A stretch of 64,000 bases of DNA, taken from the IMG/VR virus record IMGVR_UViG_3300028840_007609; one strand, given 5' to 3'. Made by a program: the position numbers and the translations under genes. Below, in pieces: positions 9,419-17,009 of the stretch (position 1 is its first letter; each line of letters opens with the position of its first letter). The notes under the pieces were generated by a model. The model did no database searches. It was not told the origin of the DNA and saw only the letters and a program-made list of their open reading frames with translations. This DNA is from a virus.

Positions 9419-9457
9419 TATGGCTTTATTTTATAATATATATGAAAGGAGCGTATT

Positions 9458-9682
9458 ATGAAAAAGGAATTAAAAGTGAAATTGCATAAAATTGTGTACA
9501 GTAAGAAATATCAGAAATTCGGTGCTGAGTATCACGATCGGCACTGTGTTGTCTTGAGACGTGCAACTGGCAGACCGAAAAATGTTCTTGTTCAATTGCG
9601 GGGTGGAGAGCTGGCTGTTGTTCCATCTGGCAATATTAGGTTTACTGGAAAATATCTTGTCTTGGGGCTTGATAGAATATAA
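9458..9682 (+). CDS. hypothetical protein (74 aa)
   Basis: AAAGGAG SD; ORF track. Confidence 0.6.
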   Translation: MKKELKVKLHKIVYSKKYQKFGAEYHDRHCVVLRRATGRPKNVLVQLRGGELAVVPSGNIRFTGKYLVLGLDRI

Positions 9683-9701
9683 TTGAAAGGAGAACGTAAT
9701 C

Positions 9702-9800
9702 ATGAAAAAAGACCCGATTGACATCGTTATCGAGTTGGCAGTATGTGCCCTGCTGTTGTGTTGGGGCTTCACAGTTATTTATCATGCACTGGGGATTTAA
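9702..9800 (+). CDS. small membrane protein (32 aa)
   Basis: Hand-translated as MKKDPIDIVIELAVCALLLCWGFTVIYHALGI; AAAGGAG SD. Confidence 0.45.
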   Translation: MKKDPIDIVIELAVCALLLCWGFTVIYHALGI

Positions 9801-9823
9801 TAAAAAATAAGGGGGTTACAAAA

Positions 9824-11167
9824 ATGCAAACACTTACAGACAAACTTTGGAGCAGGATAGTGGGCGGGGCGCTCGATCGAATTGCCAGATGTTTCAGGTC
9901 GGCGTTGCGGGAAACATCGGCCGAGATCGAGCAGAAAATCCGCAATCAACACATCCGGCCGTCAAACTACGCATCATGGACGGAATTTTCGAAGTTTTCA
10001 GACGTACCGGATAAGATAGCCGTACGAAGAAACTTCGGGAGCAAAGTCGAAGTCGACATCTTCGACAGCACATTGCAACGTAATCGCGACCTGCCGGACA
10101 ATATAGGCTACGTTGCAATGGGGCTCGAAGAACGCAAAAACGAGCACCTTGATTATAATAAATTTTCTTCGCGGCTATTCAGCGAAGACTGCATCCAGTA
10201 CGGCGGCAGATTGAACGTTATATTCCAACGGGCCAAGATAGACATGCAGCCAGCGTTATTAAACAGGGCTGAATGGCTGGCAAAACAACTTAATTGCGAG
10301 ATGTGCGACGCACTCACTCTGGCAGAATGCTTCAAGCGTCTTGGCCTTGATCGAAATATGGGCCTGAAAGCAATCTTCGGCTACTACGACCAGACAAACG
10401 CCGCATGGCGCAACGGCCTGCAGAAAATAGGCGTTGAAGCAGGCCGAAAATACGCAGAGTATTTTGAAAATCTGGTCAAGGAACTGGATGAAGGGCCGGA
10501 TCTCATTCAGGAACTCCGCGAACACTTCCTGAGCACATCTTTTGACATGATCGAGTCGCGTGATTGGATGTTGCAGTATCATGTCGAAGAGCCAAGCGCA
10601 TTTGAGCAAATGTACTGGATCGAAGAAATGGTACGACAGGAATTTGAAGCACTGCCGCCAAAAGAAGTCGACGATTACGAAGATAGTTATATATCACACA
10701 TCGGCGACGCTAAAAAAGAACAGCCAAGCTTCGATCTATTTGGAGCTTTTCCGTTAAAAACAGACGCCGACGGCCTGCCACACGAAATAATATCAGAGAT
10801 AAATCAGGCCAGCGTCGAAAAAATAAAAAAGATCCAGCAACGCATGTTTAACCAGAATACGTATTGGGGCATCAGAAAGGCACAATACGGCTGGATGACC
10901 CAGTTGCAAAAAGTGGAGTTCTGGAGCTTTGTCAATGCGCGTAAGGCAAAGCTTGCAGACGAAGCCAAAAAGACATTGACACCCAAGTCAATGGAAGTAA
11001 TAGAAATAATGAAAACGCTTGGCTCTTTTAAGCAAAAAAAGGCATTTATTGCGTCATATTGCGCAGGTAATAGCTTTAATCTATACGGCAAGCAGATCAG
11101 AAACCCGAAACCGTCAAACGAAGAAGCGTTTGGAGTATGGGCGGAATTCAGACGTATAACACAGTAA
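9824..11167 (+). CDS. hypothetical protein (447 aa)
   Basis: ORF 9743..11167; ATG at 9824 preceded by AAGGGGG. Confidence 0.75.
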   Translation: MQTLTDKLWSRIVGGALDRIARCFRSALRETSAEIEQKIRNQHIRPSNYASWTEFSKFSDVPDKIAVRRNFGSKVEVDIFDSTLQRNRDLPDNIGYVAMGLEERKNEHLDYNKFSSRLFSEDCIQYGGRLNVIFQRAKIDMQPALLNRAEWLAKQLNCEMCDALTLAECFKRLGLDRNMGLKAIFGYYDQTNAAWRNGLQKIGVEAGRKYAEYFENLVKELDEGPDLIQELREHFLSTSFDMIESRDWMLQYHVEEPSAFEQMYWIEEMVRQEFEALPPKEVDDYEDSYISHIGDAKKEQPSFDLFGAFPLKTDADGLPHEIISEINQASVEKIKKIQQRMFNQNTYWGIRKAQYGWMTQLQKVEFWSFVNARKAKLADEAKKTLTPKSMEVIEIMKTLGSFKQKKAFIASYCAGNSFNLYGKQIRNPKPSNEEAFGVWAEFRRITQ

Positions 11168-11233
11168 ATAATGGCAAAATACCGTCTACTGTGCCATTTT
11201 GGCATAGGTCATTTTGGCACAGTAGGTAAAAAT

Positions 11234-11827
11234 GAGTCTGAGTCTACTTATATACGAAAAAAAAAATAAGCAAAAAAATTTTTCGTGACTCACGACTCAA
11301 ATCTGTAAGTGCACATAATTGTTATATATACGGATAAAAACACTCGACTCAAAAGTAGACTCAAGACTCATATAGAAGACTCTCACAACTCTGTAAACTT
11401 TTCGATACACTACGCAATATCTGGTAGGTATAAAAAAACTTAACATATAATAGTGTGGTTTTTAAGTTGAAAAGTGAGTCAAAAATGAGTCGAGTTTGAA
11501 AAAGTGTAGGATTATACGGCAGTTTGCGATTATTATACAGTATTACAGGTGGTTACAAGCTGTGTGCGAGTGCGAATGTGCAGTTTTTGGAAGGGTAATG
11601 AGTCGAGTTTTTGACTCGGAGAGACTCCAAAGCGGCTTTTCGCACCGATTCAGAGCCCTTGAATCACGTATAACAGCCCAATATATCAGCAGATAACGCG
11701 CGCAAGAAAAATGGTAATCGTGCAAATTGCGAAAGTTACAAAAATGTAAGAAATTTAGCAAAAAACACCACAATGTGGTACTTTTTGGGCTAAAATCGCA
11801 ACGTCTGATAATTTTTGAGTCGAGTTT
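11234..11827. repeat. iteron-like cluster (16 GAGTC/GACTC pentamers; 3 x TGAGTCGAGTTT)
   Basis: Counted by eye. The 12-mers lie at 11486, 11599 and 11816. No credible ORF in the region. Confidence 0.6.
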
Positions 11828-11970
11828 GGCGTTTTTTTTGGCGGCTTCAATCTAACGCAGTGAGAATCACGGTCTACAAGAGTTAGGCACACCTAACTTT
11901 AACCCTCCAACGTCTGATAATAAATATTATTGTCAACTTTTTGGGTCTTTTTCGAAGATGTAAAAAAAAA

Positions 11971-12320
11971 CTTGCGCGTCCCGCTCGCTGCGCTCGCGGC
12001 GGCCCCCCTCCGAGCTCGCTATACGCTCGGCCCTTCGGGCTGGGCTTCGCCCACTCTCCGGTCTGCCTGACGCCTGACGCGCTCCGCTTGCCAATTTCCG
12101 GCAGGAGCCGGTTATTCCGGCGGGTGCCGGGCAGGGGGAAGAACCCCCGAGTTCCGGCCGCCTCCGGACTTATCCATAGACCTGCCGCGCCGTCGCAAGG
12201 GATACACGTCCTGCGGCCGCCTGCACTCCCCGGTTCTTCCCCCTGCACCCCCATCTCCCCCGCCCTTGCCCAAAAGCTTATATTGCGCATGGATGCGCTC
12301 CGCTTGCCGCGAGCAAGGTT
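11971..12320. other. GC-rich structured non-coding island
   Basis: Abrupt GC-rich block in an AT-rich genome. A 14-bp helix pairs 12132-12145 with 12232-12245. The 14-bp direct repeat GCGCTCCGCTTGCC occurs at 12079 and 12295. Confidence 0.45.
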
Positions 12321-12662
12321 CTTATATCAATAATTGCAGCAATATAGCACCTGGTGCGCCTGGCCAAGGACAGGGCACCTCTTTCACCATGCGGGTAAAC
12401 TAACTACTGTGAAAGGATATTACCCCCCGCCCCAATTCTCAGCACTCCAACCACTTTCAACCAACACCAGCACTCTCAACACCTCAGTCCACCCATTCTC
12501 AGCTCACTCTGCTCCAGCTCACTCTGCATCACTCCGCTCTGCAAACTACCCCCCCGCGTTTTTACGACCACTTGCCTTTTGCTAAAAAAAAATTAAAAAA
12601 TTTTCAAAATGATTTTAAATTATTTTAAAAAGCCTTTTACAGTGTTGCAAAAGGAGCAGTAA

Positions 12663-13037
12663 ATGTTCTTAAAATTCAGCGAGTTAAACGATTTAAACAC
12701 ATTTATAATAGGAATCAGCGATGCTGCCAATCCTGTTATGGCGGTATCACATTTTATAGCAGCCATATCAGAGGAATTTGGAGTAAAAGCAGCCGATGAT
12801 GTGTTATCCAAAGGTTTCCGTCGCAGGGCCGTAAGTCTTGTAAACACAATAAATCCCAGCACCGAATGGGAGTTACAGATATCTGATTATGTTACCGAAA
12901 GGTTGAAAGGTTTCCAGGCTCATTCTACGACAGAGTACGCCTGGACAGGTAAAGACAGATATCTTTTTTGGGGTGTTACGGTGTTTGAGAGAAAAAAAGG
13001 TGTGTGCCGGCCACCGGCCGCTCCGGAGGTAATTTAA
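12663..13037 (+). CDS. hypothetical protein (124 aa)
   Basis: AAAGGAG SD; ORF track. Confidence 0.65.
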   Translation: MFLKFSELNDLNTFIIGISDAANPVMAVSHFIAAISEEFGVKAADDVLSKGFRRRAVSLVNTINPSTEWELQISDYVTERLKGFQAHSTTEYAWTGKDRYLFWGVTVFERKKGVCRPPAAPEVI

Positions 13038-13630
13038 TGCTTAAAAGTTCTGGAAAATTTAAAAAAGACGAAGAAACAATAAGAAAATGGCTGAAAGATC
13101 ATGTGGTTTTGACCCACAGACTTGTTGGGTATAACCGAAATAAAGCTTCGATAGAAGAGCTTGTTTTCGGGAAGCCCGGCACTATTTTCTTAAGAATTTA
13201 TTATTTACTTCAAAACAGTACGCTTATGGTTTATGGAGATGTTGGTGAAGCGGTTTATAGATGGCACGGCAGAAGATTAACGTTTTCGGAAATAAGCGGG
13301 TTTAATATAGGTTACTTTTTTGAGAAGTGCAGGGCCTCTGAAAACGGCAGTGTGCTTTCAGCGTCAGACTGGGACGCAGACCAGGCAAAAAGCAGTATTT
13401 TTGGGCACTTCAAAGACCAAAGAAGCTGTTCTGGTTATAAAAAATTTAAAGAGTCTGTTTTTTACGACACGATAGAAGATAAAGATGAATTCCATTCAAG
13501 TCTTCGGTTCGAAGATCCAGATAGTATTTTTGGCGATGATTGGTGGGACTGGGTTCCAGGATGCGGCGATATAATTCCAAGAAGAATTCATATGCACTTA
13601 ATTGGTATTAAAATGGCCATGGGGAGATGA
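13037..13630 (+). CDS. hypothetical protein (197 aa)
   Basis: ORF 13004..13630. GGAGG SD and TAATG coupling place the start at 13037. Confidence 0.65.
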   Translation: MLKSSGKFKKDEETIRKWLKDHVVLTHRLVGYNRNKASIEELVFGKPGTIFLRIYYLLQNSTLMVYGDVGEAVYRWHGRRLTFSEISGFNIGYFFEKCRASENGSVLSASDWDADQAKSSIFGHFKDQRSCSGYKKFKESVFYDTIEDKDEFHSSLRFEDPDSIFGDDWWDWVPGCGDIIPRRIHMHLIGIKMAMGR

Positions 13631-13644
13631 TATAGATGATATAA

Positions 13645-13896
13645 TTGAAAAAACCGAAATTAAACAAGCCGGCCGCCTGGGTTTCCTGGACAATTGCCGT
13701 AGTAGGTTATATTAAAATAAAGCCATTGATCGGCACGGTTGCCGAAAGGTCAATAACTATGATAACCCCTGGTTATGTATTGTTTTTTATGTACTGTATA
13801 TTTGCATTAATATACGCGTCGATTGAATTTGTGCTTATATTTTTGCAATATATAAACGATAAGTTTATTATTAACGCTCAGGGAGGTGATGAATGA
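13645..13896 (+). CDS. membrane protein (83 aa), TTG start
   Basis: Two hydrophobic segments; ORF track. Confidence 0.45.
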   Translation: MKKPKLNKPAAWVSWTIAVVGYIKIKPLIGTVAERSITMITPGYVLFFMYCIFALIYASIEFVLIFLQYINDKFIINAQGGDE

Positions 13897-13899
13897 TCT

Positions 13900-14259
13900 G
13901 TGGAAAAAGCTATAAAAAGGCTCGAAAAAAACATAAGGAACCCGTGCAGGAAAGTGCGGTTTTTCACAAGGGAGGAGGCCCTGACAACCAGCAGACGTGC
14001 CGGGAGGTATTTTGGAGAGCCGTATATTTGCCATAAATGCCTAAAGATAACAGGCATTGAGTACTGGCACCTCGGCAACAGAATACCAAAGAAATCAAAA
14101 CTTGGGGTTAAGATTAAAAAAATAAAAAAATTATTTCCGTATATGGTCCTGCTCAGGACAATAGATTATATTTGCGGCATTCCGGGCCATATTTACGGAG
14201 GTACGGATGCAACAGATGCAACAGATGCAACGAATACAACGGATAAAAAGGAGGTTTAA
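13900..14259 (+). CDS. zinc-ribbon protein (119 aa)
   Basis: CRKVRFFTREEAL...YICHKCLKITGIEYWHLGN motif. GTG start. 9-bp GATGCAACA repeats near the 3' end. Confidence 0.5.
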   Translation: MEKAIKRLEKNIRNPCRKVRFFTREEALTTSRRAGRYFGEPYICHKCLKITGIEYWHLGNRIPKKSKLGVKIKKIKKLFPYMVLLRTIDYICGIPGHIYGGTDATDATDATNTTDKKEV

Positions 14260-14705
14260 TGTCAATTTTACTGCACAAAAAATATGGTTTAAATCCAACT
14301 ATATATAATTGTTTTTTCTGTGGGGAGGCGATCGGGCTGCTGTTGCCGGGATCAAAGACTACAAAATTTAAGAAAGCCGGCCTGGCCGATGCCGACGGCA
14401 AAATGAAATCGTCAATAGGCTGTATCGATAAGGAGCCGTGCGATAAATGTAAAGAATATATGAAACAGGGTGTTATTTTAATTTCTATTGACGAAAAGAA
14501 AAGCCAGAACGATTTTGAGAATCCATATCGCACCGGCGGCTGGTGTGTGGTAAAGGACGACTATATAAAGCGGGTTTTTGAAAGCCTCGGTGAAAAAGAT
14601 CTGATGGACAGGACATTAAAACAAAGAGCAACTTTTGTCCCTGATCCTCTATGGGATAAACTTAGGCTGCCAAGAGGTGAAATAGATACAAAAAATAAAA
14701 AATAA
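14259..14705 (+). CDS. hypothetical Cys-containing protein (148 aa)
   Basis: AAGGAGG SD; TAATG coupling. Confidence 0.65.
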   Translation: MSILLHKKYGLNPTIYNCFFCGEAIGLLLPGSKTTKFKKAGLADADGKMKSSIGCIDKEPCDKCKEYMKQGVILISIDEKKSQNDFENPYRTGGWCVVKDDYIKRVFESLGEKDLMDRTLKQRATFVPDPLWDKLRLPRGEIDTKNKK

Positions 14706-14758
14706 AGAATTTTCAGCTATTTACGTCTCTTACACGAAGAGATCGACGGGTATCGACG

Positions 14759-14926
14759 TCAGACCTTACTCCGGACTATTTTCTTTTCACGCGCGGTTCC
14801 GTGCTGGGCCACTCTTGCCAGGGCGTTGCGCGCGTGAGCTATGTCATGTATCGGGTATCTCCGGCCTGGAAGTGCGAAATTCTTGGATTTAATGCTTTTA
14901 CGGCCTCTTGATGTAAGTTTTCCCAT
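14759..14926 (-). CDS. small basic protein (55 aa) with YPIHD..HARNALARV motif
   Basis: ORF 14759..14956; internal ATG preceded by GAGGTG; the only isolated minus-strand gene. Confidence 0.55.
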   Translation of the reverse strand: MGKLTSRGRKSIKSKNFALPGRRYPIHDIAHARNALARVAQHGTAREKKIVRSKV

Positions 14927-15039
14927 GATGCACCTCAAAAAAATAAAAATTAACATATTCTTTGAATAACATAATCATAAAAAGGCTATGGATGTCAACC
15001 AAGCAAAGGTTTTCAAAGAAAGAAATAAAGGAGAGTAAA

Positions 15040-15267
15040 ATGTCCAAAGTACTTGGTATTAAGATGATTGAAATGTATTGTGATATCATCAGCTCAGATT
15101 TTGCGCCACTATTGCTTATGATTGAACCTATTGAGTATGCCGAGCGCAAGGCGGTTGAAGAAAACATCAAAAAATCGCTCGGGTTTGACAAGCTTGAAGC
15201 TGAAAAAGCCAAGCTGAAAAAGCGAATCAATGAAATCGATGAAATTCTCAAGGAATACACGCAGTAG
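15040..15267 (+). CDS. hypothetical coiled-coil protein, N-terminal segment ending at an in-frame TAG
   Basis: AAGGAG SD. Same frame as 15334..15528, with a single TAG between them. Confidence 0.6.
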   Translation: MSKVLGIKMIEMYCDIISSDFAPLLLMIEPIEYAERKAVEENIKKSLGFDKLEAEKAKLKKRINEIDEILKEYTQ

Positions 15268-15333
15268 AAATACATCTTCAGTGAAGGCAGGTCAAAATGG
15301 GTTTCAAAGCTTGATGAACTTGTCGACCAGCAG

Positions 15334-15528
15334 ATGAAGGGCTCTATCAGCAGCGATATAAAAGATTTGCTGGCGCAGATGAAACGTTCTATAAAGCTTT
15401 CCGGCACAGGATCTGAAGACATAAAGAAAATCTTCAACGATCTCCCGAATATTATCGCCGGTTTTCAAAAAACAATCAATAAGGCTCTGAAAAAACAAAA
15501 GCTTTTACCTCCGGTGATAAATGTCTAA
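15334..15528 (+). CDS. hypothetical protein segment (continuation of 15040 frame?)
   Basis: No SD. In frame with 15040..15267, with no other stop between them. Confidence 0.45.
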   Translation: MKGSISSDIKDLLAQMKRSIKLSGTGSEDIKKIFNDLPNIIAGFQKTINKALKKQKLLPPVINV

Positions 15529-15832
15529 ACACGGAATAGATCCCGGGCTTCTGAGCAGACACCTGTCAAGGGTGATAGTTAATGAACATGGGGAGGCTAC
15601 AACACCTTTGCGTGCATCTCAACTCGGCATAAAAATCGACTCTGTATTCATACGCAATGACGGTTGGACGCTCGGGACCCCGGACAATTTAAAAGATATT
15701 GCGTACAATTTATGGGCAGATGAATGGGTCATCTGTATCGATCTAAATCCGTTTAAAATTCATGATTTGTTTTCAATGAGAAAAAATAAAATAAACGAAA
15801 TAAATAAAACAAGGAGGAATAAAAATGGCTAA
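15521..15832 (+). CDS. hypothetical protein (103 aa)
   Basis: ORF track; overlaps the upstream stop. Confidence 0.6.
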   Translation: MSKHGIDPGLLSRHLSRVIVNEHGEATTPLRASQLGIKIDSVFIRNDGWTLGTPDNLKDIAYNLWADEWVICIDLNPFKIHDLFSMRKNKINEINKTRRNKNG

Positions 15833-16058
15833 ATCTTCCAAAATGCATCAATTGTTAGCAGTAGAAGCCGATCTGCGTGCAGCGTTCAACAAGATCCTGC
15901 AGGAATCAATGGTAACTTTTACCAAAAAGACTGACCATTTTGACGGACACGTTAAAACGCATAAGTATCTGGCAGCAGCAGATGAAGGCGTAAAGTCCCG
16001 GGTTCAGGACGAGCACAAGGCGATCGTCACAACCGTGCAGCAGAAACTGGATTACTAG
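15825..16058 (+). CDS. hypothetical protein, N-terminal segment ending at an in-frame TAG
   Basis: AAGGAGG SD. Same frame as 16104..16619. Confidence 0.6.
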   Translation: MAKSSKMHQLLAVEADLRAAFNKILQESMVTFTKKTDHFDGHVKTHKYLAAADEGVKSRVQDEHKAIVTTVQQKLDY

Positions 16059-16103
16059 ACAAAATCCGTTATCAATTATTTCGATCTTTTACTGCAGCGC
16101 GAA

Positions 16104-16619
16104 ATGACCAACCAGCTGGCCAAGGCAGATATCGTTATTGACGGCAAAACGATCATGTCGGATGTGCCGGCAACGTTTTTATTGTCAATGGAAAACCAGC
16201 TCAAGGAGCTCAGGAAAGTATACAACACGATTCCGACATACGCTCCCGGGGTTCACTGGAAAGTGGCGGCCGACAAAGGCCCCGGCATTTACGAAACTGA
16301 GTTTCCGGAAGAACGGTTCCAGACGGAAACGGTCACGGAGCCGATTGTATTGTATCCTCACAAGTTTCCGAAGGAAGGCGAAAAGGGAGAGCCGTTGGCG
16401 GCTCAGATCTCAACGACCAGTAAAACCCGCAACGTCGGTATGTACACAACGACAAAATGGACCGGCCGGTTCTCGCCGACCGAAAAATCTGAAATGCTGG
16501 GCCGTATTGACAAATTGCTTGTGGCTGTGAAAAAAGCCAGGACCAGAGCAAACAACACTGAAATTATCAACCGCAATGACAGCAAAAAAATGCTTGACTT
16601 CATTCATGGAGTTGAATAA
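16104..16619 (+). CDS. hypothetical protein segment (continuation of 15825 frame?)
   Basis: No SD. 15 sense codons separate it from the TAG at 16056-16058. Confidence 0.55.
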   Translation: MTNQLAKADIVIDGKTIMSDVPATFLLSMENQLKELRKVYNTIPTYAPGVHWKVAADKGPGIYETEFPEERFQTETVTEPIVLYPHKFPKEGEKGEPLAAQISTTSKTRNVGMYTTTKWTGRFSPTEKSEMLGRIDKLLVAVKKARTRANNTEIINRNDSKKMLDFIHGVE

Positions 16620-16800
16620 TTTTTAATTAGGCTATCATTATCGTTAATCTAATCATTAGAACGGTTTTTGTTTAAGGCGTCACAATAAAAACCTGACGTA
16701 ACAAAAACCAATCATTGTTGTTATCTTAACGCCTAACAAAATCAGGCATTTGTAATTTAATTATTAAATGGCGAATATTATTCGGGCTTGCCCGAAACTA

Positions 16801-17009
16801 ACTGGAAATCCGAGTTCGACTCTCGGTTGCCCCTCCATTATGGAGGCGCTGCTATTTTTAACGGCAAATTGGATTAGTCATCCATTGGCTTGAAAAAAAC
16901 AGAAAAGCGATGTTGGGGGGATAAGGACAAAACTCTGACAGCTTAGCAGCGCGTTTCTAAGCAGCGCCTCCATAATTGCGGGGCAATCGTCCAACGGTAG
17001 GACGCTGGT
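16801..17009 (+). ncRNA. circularly permuted tRNA-like element (T-arm half upstream of D-arm half)
   Basis: 16801-16837 carries the anticodon-stem 3' strand, T arm, acceptor 3' strand, U and CCA. 16980-17009 carries the acceptor 5' strand (7/7 complementary), D arm and anticodon-stem 5' strand. A 17-bp perfect hairpin lies between them. Confidence 0.55.

Noticed and set aside
11883-12585. ORFs 11883..12290 (-), 11941..12333 (+) and 12334..12585 (+)
   Set aside because: The reading frames are open on both strands in GC-rich or C-rich DNA. The products are Pro/Arg/Gly/Ala- or Ser/Pro/His-rich, and there is no SD. I treat them as non-coding.
13645-14259. TGA readthrough joining 13645..13896 to 13900..14259 (same frame, one codon apart)
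   Set aside because: The downstream protein looks like a standalone zinc-ribbon family beginning near its GTG. Same-frame adjacency at such a short distance is common by chance.
14898-15437. 179-aa minus-strand ORF
   Set aside because: The Ser/Phe/Ile-rich product is typical of the antisense strand of Lys/Glu-rich coding sequence. The + strand ORFs have a strong SD and coiled-coil-like sequence.
16138-16530. 130-aa alternative-frame ORF inside 16104..16619
   Set aside because: Its Arg/Ser/Lys-rich low-complexity product overlaps a better-supported frame.
16801-17009. Two-piece tmRNA or amber-suppressor tRNA interpretation of the permuted element
   Set aside because: The acceptor stem has G3:C70 rather than the G3:U70 alanine identity pair, and I see no tag ORF or pseudoknots. 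No register places CUA at anticodon positions 34-36 of a 7-nt loop; the best register gives UAG with U37.
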